Below are positions 1-13,684 of a DNA stretch of 64,000 nt, piece by piece. The position numbers and the translations under genes are program-made. The notes beneath the pieces are model-generated. The model saw only the letters and a program-made list of their open reading frames with translations, did not search any database and was not told the origin of the DNA. Source of the DNA: Eledone cirrhosa (taxonomy: Eukaryota); assembly GCA_964016885.1 (NCBI GenBank), contig OZ024742.1, positions 133,920,001-133,984,000 on the forward strand. The letters are read 5' to 3'. Numbering within the stretch: the first letter of the stretch is position 1; each line of letters starts with the position of its first letter.

Positions 1-1490
1 ATAGTTGTAACACATTTATATAGTTGAAGAAGTGAGCTGTAACTGAATATCAATTTTCACCTCAAAATAATTCTGAGGGTTAGATAGTACCAGGTCTAAA
101 ACATATATATTTCCTCCGAGATTATTTTGAATAGAAACAATGTAGTATGTCACCCGAGAGATTATAGAATATCAACCAAACGAACCTAATATTTTCTTTT
201 GGGATTTTGCAGCTGACCGAGAATATCGACCTCGTCTATAATGACTTACCAATTAACTAATAAACCACGGTAACGTGCAATTTGAAAAGACATTGCAGAA
301 CGTTCGTGGATGGAAAACTAGAAAGATGGTAATAGTAATCTAGTTGTCCTTCGCCTCATTCTGTATGGAGACATATGTTTTAAAAAGAAATGCGTTATGC
401 TCAGAAATGTAAAATGTTAAGTTACAAAGCCTACGTGAGTTTTCTTCGATGCTGGAGAAGACGTATGAGTGACATTGAATAACTGTAATAATCATTATAA
501 TCATTATTATGATCATAGTCTTCAAATCGAGTGAACGAATGTCCAGGTTCATTAATAATAGAAATACCTGTGCTAAAATGATTTAAAGGGCTATAAATAA
601 TCTTGTTTTGGTCAACATAACCGAAAATATATTTTTGAAAACTGACATCCAACACATCTAGATATTTTGGAAAATCAGATGTATGGAAAAGTCAAAAAAC
701 ATCAATAGAAAATCGACATTGATACATATATGTTATAAAAGGAAAAATTATCTATATGTAAGTGTTCCTTTTAATATTATACTGGACGGAAGGCAAGTGG
801 TTATAAAAACTACAAAATAAATATGAAAAAAGTAAAACACATAGTGAGAAATTCCAATAGATATTTAAAAAACACACACAATGTATATATATATCACGCG
901 TTTCTTTCCAAGAATTCAGACAGCTCAAAAGAAAACGACGAGAATGTATGAAAATGACAGCTTTCTATTTTCCTCCAGTCAGATTCCTATATTTTTAAAT
1001 TTTTCCTACATTTTTTGTTTACTTCTTGTACAAGTTTTCCATTGAGATCAATACTTTTCCTCTTCTTTAAACGTAGCAATAAAACCTTACAAGTTGGCAT
1101 CAGAAAGCCATTCTTAGCCTTGCAATTTACTCCCTAGGACAGAAATTACATTTTTAATGCAAGCTAATTATTTTTTCTTTTTGTCATATATTTGTTTCAT
1201 TGTGGTCATTGGTGGCGTTCTTTGATAAATTATTATTATTATTATTATCGTTATTATTATTGTTATTATTATTGATCTGTTCGGACGTCCTTTTTGCTCG
1301 CTCCCAGTAAGTTGCTTTATGTACCTGTTATAATTATTTGTTGTTAAATCTTTCTTGTTGTGTAAGGCATATAAGCACTTGAATTTGCCCTGTGAAGGGG
1401 TAAATAGAATATTTGCGCCTTTTGGCTAAATATTTGAACAATATTTGAACAGTTTACTTTTGAAATAAAAAAAAAAATAACAAATACAAC

Positions 1491-3430
1491 ATGGCTGAGC
1501 CATGCAAAGCAATATGTCTGCTGACGTCAGACAACAGCGTAAAAGTTGAGAGAAGGGTTACAAAAATTGTTACAACAGACACCACCACAAACTACGTGAC
1601 AAAGACAAAACTGAGAACACTAATTTTGAAAACATTATCTCACCAACTACACCAATAACAGTATCAACCAAATTACAGACAACAGAAAAAAATGACAAAA
1701 ATGCAACAATGATATTAACACCACTAACAAGAAAATAAACAACGACAACACCAACAGCAACAATACAAATTAACCCGAAAACAACAACGGTGGCACCAAA
1801 AACACAACCAACTGCAATAGTGGTAACAGCAACAACACCAACAACACCGTTTGTAGCAGTAGCAACAGCAACAGCACCAACAACAAGACCAGTAGCGGCA
1901 GCAATAATGGTACCGCTGAAAAGGCGGCCACTTCTTTCGCAGGTGTGGCCCGACATAAAAACAGTGCTTGTCACGGAGTAGAAGATGGCAGTCGCAAGAG
2001 CCATGGTGTCAAGAAACGACAACAGTGTTTCCCTGAATCCTCCACCCGATTTTGCTTACTGCACCGTAAGCAAGATGTCACAACGGGTGGAGACAGCCAC
2101 AGAGGCTCAAATTCATAAGGCATTGGGGTGCGTCTGGGTGCGCAAAATCAAAATCACCCGGGGAAAAAAGTACGCCACAGTAGACGTACTTTTCGCCACC
2201 CACCAAGGGGCGAAGTCTCACTCTTTGCAAACCCTAAAGATTGAGGAGAGAGTCCTCCAACTGCGGGCAAAAATGTTGAGGGTGAAAGTGACCCAGACCC
2301 CGCCCGACGTGCCCATACCTTGGCTGGCCGCGTTTGTACTGGCTAGAATCGAGGAAGAGACCACCATACTGCAAATACAGAGAATGGAAAGAGAGAACTG
2401 GCCAGGAATAGGCATCAAATGCTAATACAGACTGACCAGGAGTGCATTGAGGCCATCCCAGACATCATATACCTCGAATAAGGGCTCCATCTCCCCATAA
2501 GCGTGGAGGAAGGTGCCCAAAGTGCTATCTCTGTGGGCAGAAGGGTCACCTCATGGCCTTCTGCCCGTAGAAGATATCCAAGAAGAGGGCCCCTTCTTCC
2601 GACGCCTGATCCGCTGCTACCAAGAGCAGGACAGGCAACAGAGGCAGAAGACCCTTCCCTGGAGAGTAGGATGGCAACGTCCGTGGCACTCATACCAAGG
2701 CCACGGACAACTAAAGCAGCGGCAGCAGTGGCGGCAATACCAACAGTCGCAGTAGCTACGCCGGCGGTAAAATCGCCGGTGCAGGCTCCACTACCACCAT
2801 CAACAGCAGTGACGCTCATGCCCCTTCCGGACGCCGCGGGGTCCGACATGGAGTGTGAGGCGGGAGGGAAGTGGTAAACGGTCTGCCAGAATAAAAGAAG
2901 AAAGAAAAAAAACCCTTAGTTAGCTTCACCCTCCAAAAGCGAAGGCAGAAAAAGAAGGGTAAAGGCTGCAACACTACCACCATCACTATTACCACCACAA
3001 GCATCACTACCAACAACAACGACACCACCACCAGCATCACCAAAAACACCAACATCACAAAGACAACAAAACACACACACCCAACAGCAACAATAAGAAA
3101 ACAGCCACAAAATCGCCCCTCTCCCTAAAAAAGTACAGGGCCATAAACATGGCAAATGAAGAACTCCTACAACACATTAAGCAGCACACAGACATCACAG
3201 AAACAAACTTCTACACCCCACCAACACCAAGAACTCTCCCGACAAACATAAGCATCATTGAAATCTCAATAGAACATTACCAACTACTAAAGCAAAAATT
3301 CCCCGACGTAGTTGGAGACTTCAGAGTGTCGGTTACCAAGAGAATATACACCGACATCCTCTTGGAAATACCCATGACCAGCCAAAGGGACGGTTCTACT
3401 GTCCCTTCACCACACGATCAAGGTAAGTGA
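1491..3430 (+). pseudogene. Tx1 ORF1 (gag-like; N/T/S-rich N-terminus, RRM-like core, CCHC knuckle), frameshifted
   Basis: ATG at 1491. ORF pieces 1985-2425 and 3149-3430, with CYLCGQKGHLMAFC near 2523-2565. Homologous to ORF1 pieces at 12951-13463(-) and 51039-51906. Confidence 0.8.
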
Positions 3431-3462
3431 TCCTTTCTCCCTTACCCCGTTTCTCATCCAAC

Positions 3463-6400
3463 ATGGCCGTACTTAGAATATGCAGTATAAATGTATGTGG
3501 TCTGGGGTCATCTTGGAAGCAGGGCCACCTGCTCAACGACCTCAGGTCACTAAACATAGATGTGGTGGCCATCAGCGAGACCAGAATCTCCGAAGCACGA
3601 GCCTTCGCACCGATCTTCGGCGGCTACGATGTATACGCATCTCCATGCCGTCCAGGATCGGGGGGAGGGGTCGCTTTTTCGGAAAGGCTTGGATCTCGCC
3701 ATACTGTCCATCTTCGTGGACCCAGAAGTTAAGTCGGTGGTGCTGGACGTGACCGGCAGCGAAGGCAATGCTTTCAGGCTAGTAGCCGTTTACGCCCCAA
3801 TAGGGGCAGGACGGCCAGATTTCTTCAGACGTCTAGAGACCTTTCTTGGAACGTACCCCTCTTTAGTGTTAGTGGGCGACTGGAACGGTATATGAGATGC
3901 ATGCTGGGATTATGTAGGTCTAGTAGACAGAGGAGGAGGGTGTAAAAGCCTCAACAACCTGCTCAGACGTTTTGAACTGTCTGACAGGTATACACTCGAT
4001 TATCCGAATGTGCCAATGTGGACATGGGCAAACCGCATCGGTTCATCCAGATCGTATTTAGATAGGGTATTCTGTAGGGAAACAGATAAGGCTAGTGTAG
4101 ATTGTCCACAATTTAAAGTAGTCGACTACAAGGACCACACATTTGTGATCTGTGAAGTTGACTTAGATAGACTCCATAGGCAAGGGCCCGGCTACTGGAG
4201 GTTGAACGCGCGTTCCCGGCGTACAAATATTACAGAGATCGGATTAGCGAATTTGTTAGGCGTCGTTGACGGGTGCGATCGTCAACAATAGGTGGAGTTT
4301 TACCCTGAAATTGGCAATTAAAGTAGAGTTGATTAGGTTTAGCAAAGAAGTCGTGATAGAGGTAAATAGAGTAGAGGGTGAGCTAGTCAGAAAGCTAGAA
4401 GAGGAGTTTAGGACAGGCATCGCAACCTACGTGCTTGCGGTGAGATTGGCACTCGACCAGTTCTTCAACTTAAAAAATGAAGGCTGCGTTGTCAGAGCTA
4501 GGGCGCGTGCTCTAAGACACGAGGGGACGAAAGCCGTTCAATGGGCGCGAGTGGTGGAGGCGTGACGTGGCAACAATTCCTCAATTCGGTCTTTGCCTGA
4601 TCAAAACGGGCGCATGTTGCTCGAAGCCGAGCAGGTGTGTGCAGCTTTTCAACAGCACTTTGCTCAATTCTTCGGGAGCGGCGGATGGCCGGATTGGAGA
4701 ATGGACTTCAGTGCATACCTCGACAGCCTGCCGTGGCTCTCGACGACCGCAGCGCATTGATGCGAAAAGCCGATAACAGCAGGCGAAATACGGGGCGCGA
4801 TGTCTCATACACGAGGGGTAAATCGCCAGGTTTGGATAGTCTGCCCTACGAGCTTTATGCGTATATGGCCAGACTTATTCGGTGACCTCTTCGCAGATGT
4901 CTACTGCAACTGGCAGCAGAACAGCAGCATTCCCAGTTTTGTGAGCCGGGGAGCGGTGGCGCTGCTGAGAAAAGACCCGAACAAGGGGGACGTTATAGAC
5001 AACTTCAGGCCCATATCTCTGCTAAACGCAGAGTTTAAGATTTGGGCCAAGGTGTTAATAAAGAGATTGGCGCTTGTCGTCGGTGATCTGGTGGGAGAGG
5101 TGCAGACATGCGCTATCCTGGACAGACCCATCCACGACAACCTCCATCTCATACGATACATCATAGAGTCGGTGGTTAAGGAATCTTGTACGTCTCTCTT
5201 GTACGTACTGGTCCTAGAGCCGTTACTGCACAAATTGAAGACGATGAGGGGGGTGGGGGTGGGGGCATGCGAACCGTGATGCGGGAGATCCGTGTCAGCT
5301 TATGCTGACGTCGTCAGCGTGATGGTGTCGAGTACCAAACACGTCCAGATGCTCGGCACCGTTCTCAAGGAATACGAAGCGGTGACAGGAGCAAAGATAG
5401 ACCAGGAAAAGTCGGTGGGCTTGCAGCTCGGCACCTGGAGAGGCAAGTCCATGTCGTCCGACAGCGTCGTGGGGCACTGGACGGAAGGACTGGTTAAATT
5501 GCTCGGAGTCTGGTTCGGTCCGGACCTACAGATCGAGAAAAACAAGAGCGAGGTGACGAGCAGGGTGGCCTCTCTCACCCAGAAATGGGCCGAGAGGAGG
5601 CTGTCTCTGAAAGGTTGGGCGGAGGTGGCGAATGCGTACATAGCGTCCGTCATCTGCTACCGCCTTACCGTCGTACCTTGCCCCCACCCAACTATGACCA
5701 AAATAGAGCGCCTTCTTTTTCCGCTTTTTGAGGAAGGGACGTGCTCCCAAGGTCAGACGATCCATTTTCTGTCAACACCCGTTGCGTGGAGGACTAGGCA
5801 TGCCGTGGCTGATGATTCGCAAACATGCGCTAAGGCTGCGACATCTCTGGTGCTTCATTGACGGTGAACAGGTGTGATTGCCGTTTGCTAGACGCCCTTT
5901 CCCCCAGCTCGTCTCCTGACGGAGCTGCAGTCCTGGATCAGGAAAAGACCGAGGGTTAGCGCTTGGAAGCTGGAATGTCTCCAAGCGCTCACCGCCCTCT
6001 ACCCGCTGGGCACAAGTATCGGTAGAACATCGACCTCGGCGTTCTATAGAGGGTTAGTGGAGGGAAAGAGTGACGACGTTCCCGGGGAGATCATGGGCGT
6101 CGAATACGATCAACTGTTCGCTCTCTTCAAGAGAACTTTCAGACCGGGTCTATGGACAACTTCCAGAAATTCCTGGCCTGGCAGTGCTACTGGGAGCGTT
6201 GCCCGTTCGGGATAAGCTCTACAGGCACGGAGGTGCTCTCAGCCGATCCTGTCCGAGTTGCGCGCAAGTCGACGAAACCATCCTGCACGCACTCGTTCAG
6301 TGCCCAGGGATTGCTGACTTGTGGAGCTATGTCAAACTGCTGCTGACGCGTGTAGACGGATCCGGTTAGCGACTGAGTCCATTCTGCAGATAGCCCTACC

Positions 6401-6661
6401 ATCATCCTTTAAAGAGGAGGAAGGGCTGGCAGTTTTCATCTGCCTGGTGGCCATGACGAAAGAGATTGTGTGGTGGACAAGATTGAAAGGGTTGAAGACG
6501 GACACTTTCCTCTCCGGCCAATCCCTGATTAACCTTTTCAAGTTTCACTTGCAGAGGAAAATCAGGGTGAAGAGGCAAGTGCTGTCTTCTAGTAAGTTTG
6601 TTGAAAGGTGGGTTAAAGCCTGGTCCGAGTGAACGGGCCTGCTCTGAGTATACGCCTGTAA
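3463..6661 (+). pseudogene. Tx1 ORF2 (APE endonuclease-RT-CCHC), frameshifted, with an internal RT deletion near 5180
   Basis: MAVLRICSINVCGL start and ordered APE/RT/ZnF fragments. The DQSKAFDRV...SVRQGCP block present in other copies is missing. Confidence 0.88.
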
Positions 6662-6969
6662 ACTGAGGGGTGGGATAAGTGAGAGAGGGCGGTGCCCTAG
6701 TGGTCAGGGTGGCCGTGGTCTTTTGTGTGGTTTTCACCACCAGTGACCCCCGAAGGTTTCCCCCTTCTTAGGGAATTGTTGTTGTTTGAATTTTTTGGGA
6801 TTTCCAGCCCGATTTTGTTATAGCCTGTTTACACGACCAAAACCCACTTTGTATCGTCCTGTACTGTTCTGTGCCGTCTCTAAAGTTTTACTTCGTGTTA
6901 GCCCTTGTGGCCAATAAAGAAACCATTATTATTACCGTTATTATTATTATTATTAGTAGTAGTAGTAGT

Positions 6970-8298
6970 ATTTTAACTGAACACATCTTGTGTGCCAGAA
7001 TATTTGCTTCTGGTGCGAATGTCGTTCAATTTCTATAAATACATTCGAGAGAGCTTTACTCAAGACGTGGGAACCCCGAACGTGAAACCCACATCAAGAC
7101 TTTTAAAGTGGTTCCCAAAAGAAACCCCAACAACCATGGATGTCGAACCACCCGACCTTCACAAGACCCTAGGAGGTAAGTAAACCTTCCCTCTCTCTTT
7201 TAGCTTGCCAACATAGCCATAATAAGAGTAGGAATTGTAAATGTTAGAGGCCTGGGGTCACCCTGGGAGCAGGGTCGCCTGCTCAACGACCTCAAGTTCT
7301 AGAAATGGATGTGATTGCCGTCAGCGAGACCAGGATTTCCGACAAGCGCGTTAGCCCCCATTTTCGACGGCTATCAGATCTTCGCATCTGTTAGCAGGCC
7401 GGGAATGGGAGGTGGGGTGGCAGTGCTGTTTAGAAAAGGTCTGGATCTCCAGGTAAGGTCCATCTTCCGGGACCCGGACGGTAAGTTGGTGGTCCTGGAT
7501 ATGAGAAGTAGTGAAGGTGGTGCCTTTAGACTGCAGGCCGTCTACAAACCTACTGGGACCGGACGACCGGACTTCTTTAGGCGTCTGGAAAACTTTCTGG
7601 GTACGTCTTGCCCTCTACTTTTAGCGGGGGTCTGGAACGGCATTTTAGACCCACGCTGGGAATGTGTGGTGGTAGCTGATAGGAGCGGGGAGTGGGGTGA
7701 AAAAGCCTCAAACACCTAATCAGCCAGTTCCAACTGTCTGACAGGTATCGACTAGATTTCCCCAATGCGCCAGTGTGGACGTGGACCAACCTCATAGCGT
7801 CATCTAGCTCGTATATATATAGGATCTTTATTAGGAAAATATATAGAAAAAGTGTAGGCTGCTCAATCTTTAAAACGGTCGCCTATTCAGATCACAATTT
7901 TGTGAGCTGTATGGTCGACTTAGATAAAACGCGTAGGTTGGGACCGTGTTACTGGAAGCTGAACATGTCAGTTCCGGCCCGTATGACTTACAGGGACCGG
8001 TCAACAATTTAGTTAAGCAAAAGATGGCAGGGTGGATCATCAACAACAGATGGTGTGGGGCTTTCAAAAGAGAGATTACAGTAACTTCGACAGAGTTTAG
8101 CAAAGAAGTAGCATTAGAGAAAATAGAAAGGAGGGGGAGTTGGTAGATAAGTTAGACGGGGCTATTGGTAGTGGTATAGCAACTGGCGTGCTAGCGGCGA
8201 GAATGGCATTAGACCATTTCTTCAATGCGAAACACGAAGGTTACATTGTCAGAGCTAAGGCGCATGCGCTGAGAAACGAGGGAACCAAAGCTGTTCGA
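6970..8298 (+). mobile_element. Tx1 subfamily B fragment (ORF1 end plus APE), truncated at both ends
   Basis: Closely matches 57690-59026 (PEYL.LVRMS...DVGTPNVKPTSRLLK). Follows a (TTA)n/(TAG)n tract. Confidence 0.88.
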
Positions 8299-10653
8299 AC
8301 TCAACACCAGCATCACAGAAAAAGATTACACAACACCCAAACAATTCACATCACCTCCACACATAAAAATCACTCGCATCACACAGAAAACGTACAAAAC
8401 ACTAAAACAAAAATTCCCCAAGGACATCGGAGACTTCTGACAAGAACTCTCCAGGAGGATTTATAAGGACATCCTTCCGGAAGAGGCCACAAGCAGTGAA
8501 AAGGATGGGCAAACCATCCTTCCTCTACGAGAAGTAAGGTAAGTAGGCTTTCCCCTCTTTTCCACTACTTTTCAACGTGACCTCACTCAGAATAGACAGC
8601 ATAAATGCGCGTGGCTTGGGGTCGTCATGGAAGCAGGGTCACCTGCTCAACGACCTTATATCATTAAGCATAGATGTGCTGGCCATCAGCGAGACCAGAA
8701 TCTCCGAAGCACGGGCCTTAGCAGCGAACTTGGGCTGCTACGATGTGTACGCATCACCCAGGCGTCCTGGATCGGGAGGAGGAGTAGCTGTGATTTTTCG
8801 GAGAGGTTTGGATCTCGCCATATGGGCCATCTTCCTAGACTCAGAAGGTAAGTTGGTGGTGCTGGACGTGACCAGCGGAGACGGGCAAGATTTCAGGCTA
8901 GTGGCCGTCTATGCCCCGACAGGAACAGGGTGGCCTGTTTTCTTCCGGAGTCTGGAGAATTTCTAGGAACGTCTTGCTCTTTAGTGTTAGTGGGTGACTG
9001 GAACGGGATCTTAGATGCACGCTGGGACTGTGTGGGATTAGCGGATAAGGGAGGAGGATGCAAGAGTCTCACCAACCTGCTCAGGCGTTTTGAACTCTCT
9101 GACAGTTACCGATTGGATTTCCCGAATGTGCCAATGTGGACATGGACAAATCCATCGGGTCATCCAGATCGTATCTAGATAAAGTATTTTGTAGGGAAAT
9201 AGACAGGTCTAGCATAGGCTGTCGACAATTCAAGATAGTCAGCTACACGGACCACAATTTCGTGATTTGTGTGGTTTATTTACATAGGTTTCATAGACAA
9301 GGATCCGGCTACTGGAAGCTAAATGCGTCATTAAAAGCGCGCAAGGCCTACATATACCGGATTAGCGAACTTGTAAAGCGAGCGTTGACGGGGTTTGCTC
9401 TGAAAAGAGCGATTAGAATAGAGTCCATTAGGTTTAGTAAGGCTTTAGCTATAGAGAAAAATAATGCAGAGGGAGAACTAGTTAGAACATTAGACGAGGC
9501 GCTTAGCAAAGGCATCGCGACCGACGTACTTGCGGCGAAATTGGCCCTTGACCAATTCTTCAATGCAAAGCACGAAGGCTGCGTTGTCAGAGCTAGGGTG
9601 CGTGATCTCAGAGACGAGGGGACGAAAGCCGTTCAATGGGCCCGAGTGGCGGAGGCGCGTCGTCGCAACAAAGCCACGACCCGGTCTTTGGTGGACCACG
9701 ACACTTCGCTCAACTGTTCGGAGGCAGCGGCGGCTGGATCGGGGGATGGACTTTAGTGTCTACCTCGATGGACTGCAGCGGCTCTCGGCCACTGAGACGG
9801 AGTGTTGCGAAAAGCCCTTAACAGCCGCTGAAGTGCGGGAAGCAATGACTGGCTGCACAAAGGGTAAATCGCCTGGTCTGGATGGTCTGCCCTAGGAACT
9901 TTACTCACAAATGCTACACTTGTTCGCAGACCTCTTGGCAGACGTCTACTGCAACTGGCAACAGAACGGGAGACTTCCCAGCTCTGTGAGCCGAGGAGCT
10001 GTTGCGATGCTGAGAAAGGATCCGAACAGGGGGATAACATAGATACTTTCAGGCCCATCACTCTGCTAAACAGAGTTCAAGATTTTGGCCAAGGTGCTAG
10101 CAAAGAAGTTGGCGCTTGTCGTTGGTGGTCTGGTGGGAGAGGCGCAGACATGCGCCATTCCCGACAGATCCATCCACAATAACCTCCACCTCATGCGATA
10201 CATTGTAGAGAGGGTAGCTAGTAAACCTGGCACGGGTGGGCCCTTTATCAATTTAGATCAGTCGAAAGCTTTCGATAGGGTCGACCATCGTTACCTAGCG
10301 GCAGTCCTGAGGGCGGCTGGCTTTGGGCCCGTCTTCAGAATGGATCGCAGCCATGCACAGCGACATCTGCTCTGTAGTGAAAGTGAACGGTCACCTTTCG
10401 GAATCGTTCAACTCATGCGCTCGGTCCGCCATGGATGTCCCCTCTCGTCCCTCTTGTACATATTGTCTCTCGAGCCATTACTGCACAAACTGGAGACGTT
10501 GAGGGGCGTCCCACCCGAACTAGGATGAGGAAGATCCGGGTCAGCATATGCGGACGATGTCACCGTACTAGTGCCGAAAGACAAACACATGGAGGCGATC
10601 GGCACTACACTAAGAGAATACGAAGCGGTGAAAGGAGCAATTATCAACCAGGA
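8299..10653 (+). mobile_element. Tx1 subfamily C-like fragment (ORF1 C-terminus, APE, RT to past YADD)
   Basis: ORF2 pieces MTSLRIDSINARGL, LVGDWNG, NLDQSKAFDRV, SVRHGCPLS and SAYADDV. Close to 52500-54710. Confidence 0.88.
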
Positions 10654-13650
10654 TTGATCCAAGTTGAACAAGGCCCCACCCTTGCCAAGTTCCTTAACCA
10701 CCCTCTCTATGATGTATCGCATGAGGTTGAGGTTGTCGTGTATGGTTCTGTCCGGAATGGCGCATGCCTGCGCCTCTCCCACCAGACCATTGACGACAAG
10801 CGCCAACCTCGTTGCTAACAACATGGCCAAAACCTTGAACTCTGCGTTTTGCAGGCTTATGGGCCTGAAATTATCGATAACATCTCCCTTGTTCGATTCT
10901 CTTCTCAGAAGCGCCACCGCTCTCCGGCTCACAAAACTGGGAATGCTCCCAGTTCTGCTGCCAGTTGCAGTAGACATCTGCCAAGAGGTCACCGAACAAG
11001 TCTGGCATAAATGCATAAAGCTCGTAGGCAGACCGTCCAATCCTGGTGATTTAGCCCTCGTGCAGTTAGCCATCGCTTCCCGTATTTCACCGGCTGTTAT
11101 TGGCTTTTCGCAACACCGTGCTGCGTCGTCGAGGGCCGAGGCAGTCTGTCGAGGTATGCACTGAAGTCCATTCCCCGATCCGGGCCGCCGCTGCTCCCGA
11201 AAATTTCAGCAAAGTGCTGCTGAAAAGCTTCACACATCCGCTCGTGTTCGAGCATCACGAACCCGTTTTGGTCAGACAAAGACCGAATTGTGGCTCTGTT
11301 GCAACGTCGCGCCTCTTCCACCCGGGCCCATTGGACGGCTTTTGTCCCCTCGTGTTTCAGAGCACGCGCTCTAGCTCTTACAAAGCAGCCTTTGTATTTT
11401 GCGTTGAAGAATTGGTCGAGTGCCATTCTCGCCGCAAGCAAGTCGGTTGCGATGCTTGTCCTAAACGCCTCTTCTAACTTTCTGACTAGCTCTCCCTCTA
11501 CTCTATTTTCCTTTATCACTACTCCTTTGCTAAACCTAATCGACTCTACTTTAATTGCCCTTTTCAGGGCGAACCACCACCTGTTGTTGACGACCGCTCC
11601 CGTCAACGCCCGCTTAACTAATACGCTAATCTGGTCTCTGTAGGCTTTGCGCGCAGGGAAAGACGCGTTCAGCTTCCAGTAACCGGGTCCTTGTGCATGA
11701 AGTCTGTCTATGTCGATCTCACAGATCACAAATTTGTGGTCTGTGTAATCGACTTTTAAATTGTGGATACTTATACTAACCTTATCAAGTTCTCTGCAGT
11801 ATACCCTATCGAGATACGATCTGGATGTCCATGTCCACATTTGCACATTCGGGTGATCCAGTCGATAAATGTCAGAGATTTCAAAACGTCTGAACAGGTT
11901 GGTGAGGCTGTTGCACCCTACTCTCCTATCCACTAGCCCCACACAATCCAAGCGTGCATCCAAGATACCGTTCCAGTCGCCCACTAACACTAAAGGGCGG
12001 GACGTTCCAAGAAAGGTCTCTAAACGTCTGAAGAGATCTGGTCGCCCTGCTCCTGTTGGGGCGTAGACGGCTACTAGCCTGAAAGCATTGCCTTCGCTGC
12101 AGGTCACGTCCAGCACCACCGACTTACCTTCTGGGTCCAGGAAGATGGCCTGTATGGCGAGATCCAAGCCTTTCCGAAAAAGGACGGCAACCACTCCCCG
12201 CGATCCTGGACGGCTGGGAAATCCGTATACCTCGTAGCCGCCGAATATCGGTGAGAAGGCTTGTGCCTCGCAGATTATGGTCTCACTGATGACCACCACA
12301 TCTATGTTTAATGACCTGATGTCGTTGAGCAGGTGACCCTGCTTCCAAGATGACCCCAGGTCACGTGCATTTATACTGCCTCTTCTGAGTACGGGCATGT
12401 TGGATGAGAAAAGCGGCAAGTGAGAAAGGTCACTTACCTTGATCGTGTGGTGAAGGGACAGTAGAACCGTCCATTTGGCTGGTCATGGGTGTTTCCTAGT
12501 GGATGTCGGTGTATATCCTATTTTTAACCGACCCTCTGAAGTCTCCAACTGCGTTGGGGAATTTTTGTTTTGAAGGTTTGTACTGTTCTATTGAGATTTC
12601 AATGATGCTTATGTTTGTCGGGAGAGTTCTTTGTGATGGTGGGGTGTAGTAGTTTTTTTTCTGTGATGTCTGTGTGATGCTTTATATATTGTATGAGTTC
12701 TTTTTTTGCCATGCTTTTGGCTGTATACTTTTTGGGAGGAGGGGTTTTTTGTTGCTGTTTTCTTCTTGTTGCTGTTTGGTGTGTGTTTTTTGTTTCGTTT
12801 GCGTTGTTGGAGTTATTGGTGATGCTTGTGGTGGTGTGGTTGTTTTTGGCGGTGGTGCTTGTGGGTATGATGTTGATGGTGGTGGTGATGCTGCAAGTTT
12901 CCTTGCTGCCTTTACCCCTCTTTGTGTGCCTTCGCTTTTGGAGAGTGAATCTATAGGTTTTTCAAATGTTTTTTTTCTTTTTTGTAGCAGACCGTTTGCC
13001 ACTTCACTCCCGCCGCAAACTCCATGTCGGATTCCGTATCGTCTGGGAGGGGTGTGTTCTCCACGGCTGTTGGTGGTCGTAGTGGAGCCCTCTTCGGCAA
13101 TGTTGTTGCTGGTGTAGCTACTTCAAATGTAACTATTGGTGTTGCTGCCACTGATGCTGCTGCTTTAGTTGTCCGTGGCCTTGGTACGTGTGCCACGCAC
13201 GTTGCCCTCCTACTCACCGTGGAAGGGGCTTCTGCGTTTGTTTCCTGCCTTGCTCTTGGTAGCAGCGGACCAGGTATTGGAAGGAGAGGGGCCTTCTTCT
13301 TCGCTATCTTCTGCAGGCAAAAGTCCCTGACGTGACCCTTCGACCCACAGAGATAACATTTTGGCCGTCTTTCTGCTACGCTTATAGGGAGTTGGTGTCC
13401 TTCATCGATGTCTATGATATCGAGGATAGAGTCGATACATTCCTGGTCAGTTTGTATAACCATTTACATGCCTATACCTGACCAGTTCTCTCTCCCTATT
13501 CTCTCTACTTGCAGCATGGTCATCCTGTTCTCGATTCCAGCAAGGACACACGCGGTAGCCAAGGTATGGGCACGTCGGGTGGGACTTGGGTCACTTTGAC
13601 CCTCATAATTCTCTGCCCGCAGTAGGAGGGCACCAAGACTAGCTCCAGAT
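10654..13650 (-). mobile_element. Tx1 subfamily A copy, inverted, 5'- and 3'-truncated
   Basis: Minus ORFs 12951-13463 (CYLCGSKGHVRDFC), 11097-12419 (440 aa open APE region) and the RT N-terminal part ending at NLDQS. Confidence 0.92.
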
Positions 13651-13684
13651 AGAATATATCTCCCTAAGAAAAGAAGGAGGACGT

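Larger units (their letters stand above)
1274..6925 (+). mobile_element. Tx1/L1-clade non-LTR retrotransposon, subfamily A, near full length, decayed
   Basis: Starts right after (TTA)n at 1230-1273 and ends aataaagaaacc-(ATT)n. It has ORF1 fragments and ORF2 fragments with APE (INVCGL, ISETR, LVGDWN, SYLDR, DH), RT (KSPGLD, NFRPISLLN, AYADV) and a C-terminal CPSC..ETILH..C knuckle. Confidence 0.93.

Noticed and set aside
340-720. Short minus ORFs at the window start (and ORFs at 14291-14633)
   Set aside because: No recognisable domain, short, and surrounding frames contain stops.
10408-11073. 221-aa ORF looking like a novel RT fusion
   Set aside because: Read-through across the junction into the antisense strand of the neighbouring Tx1 copy.
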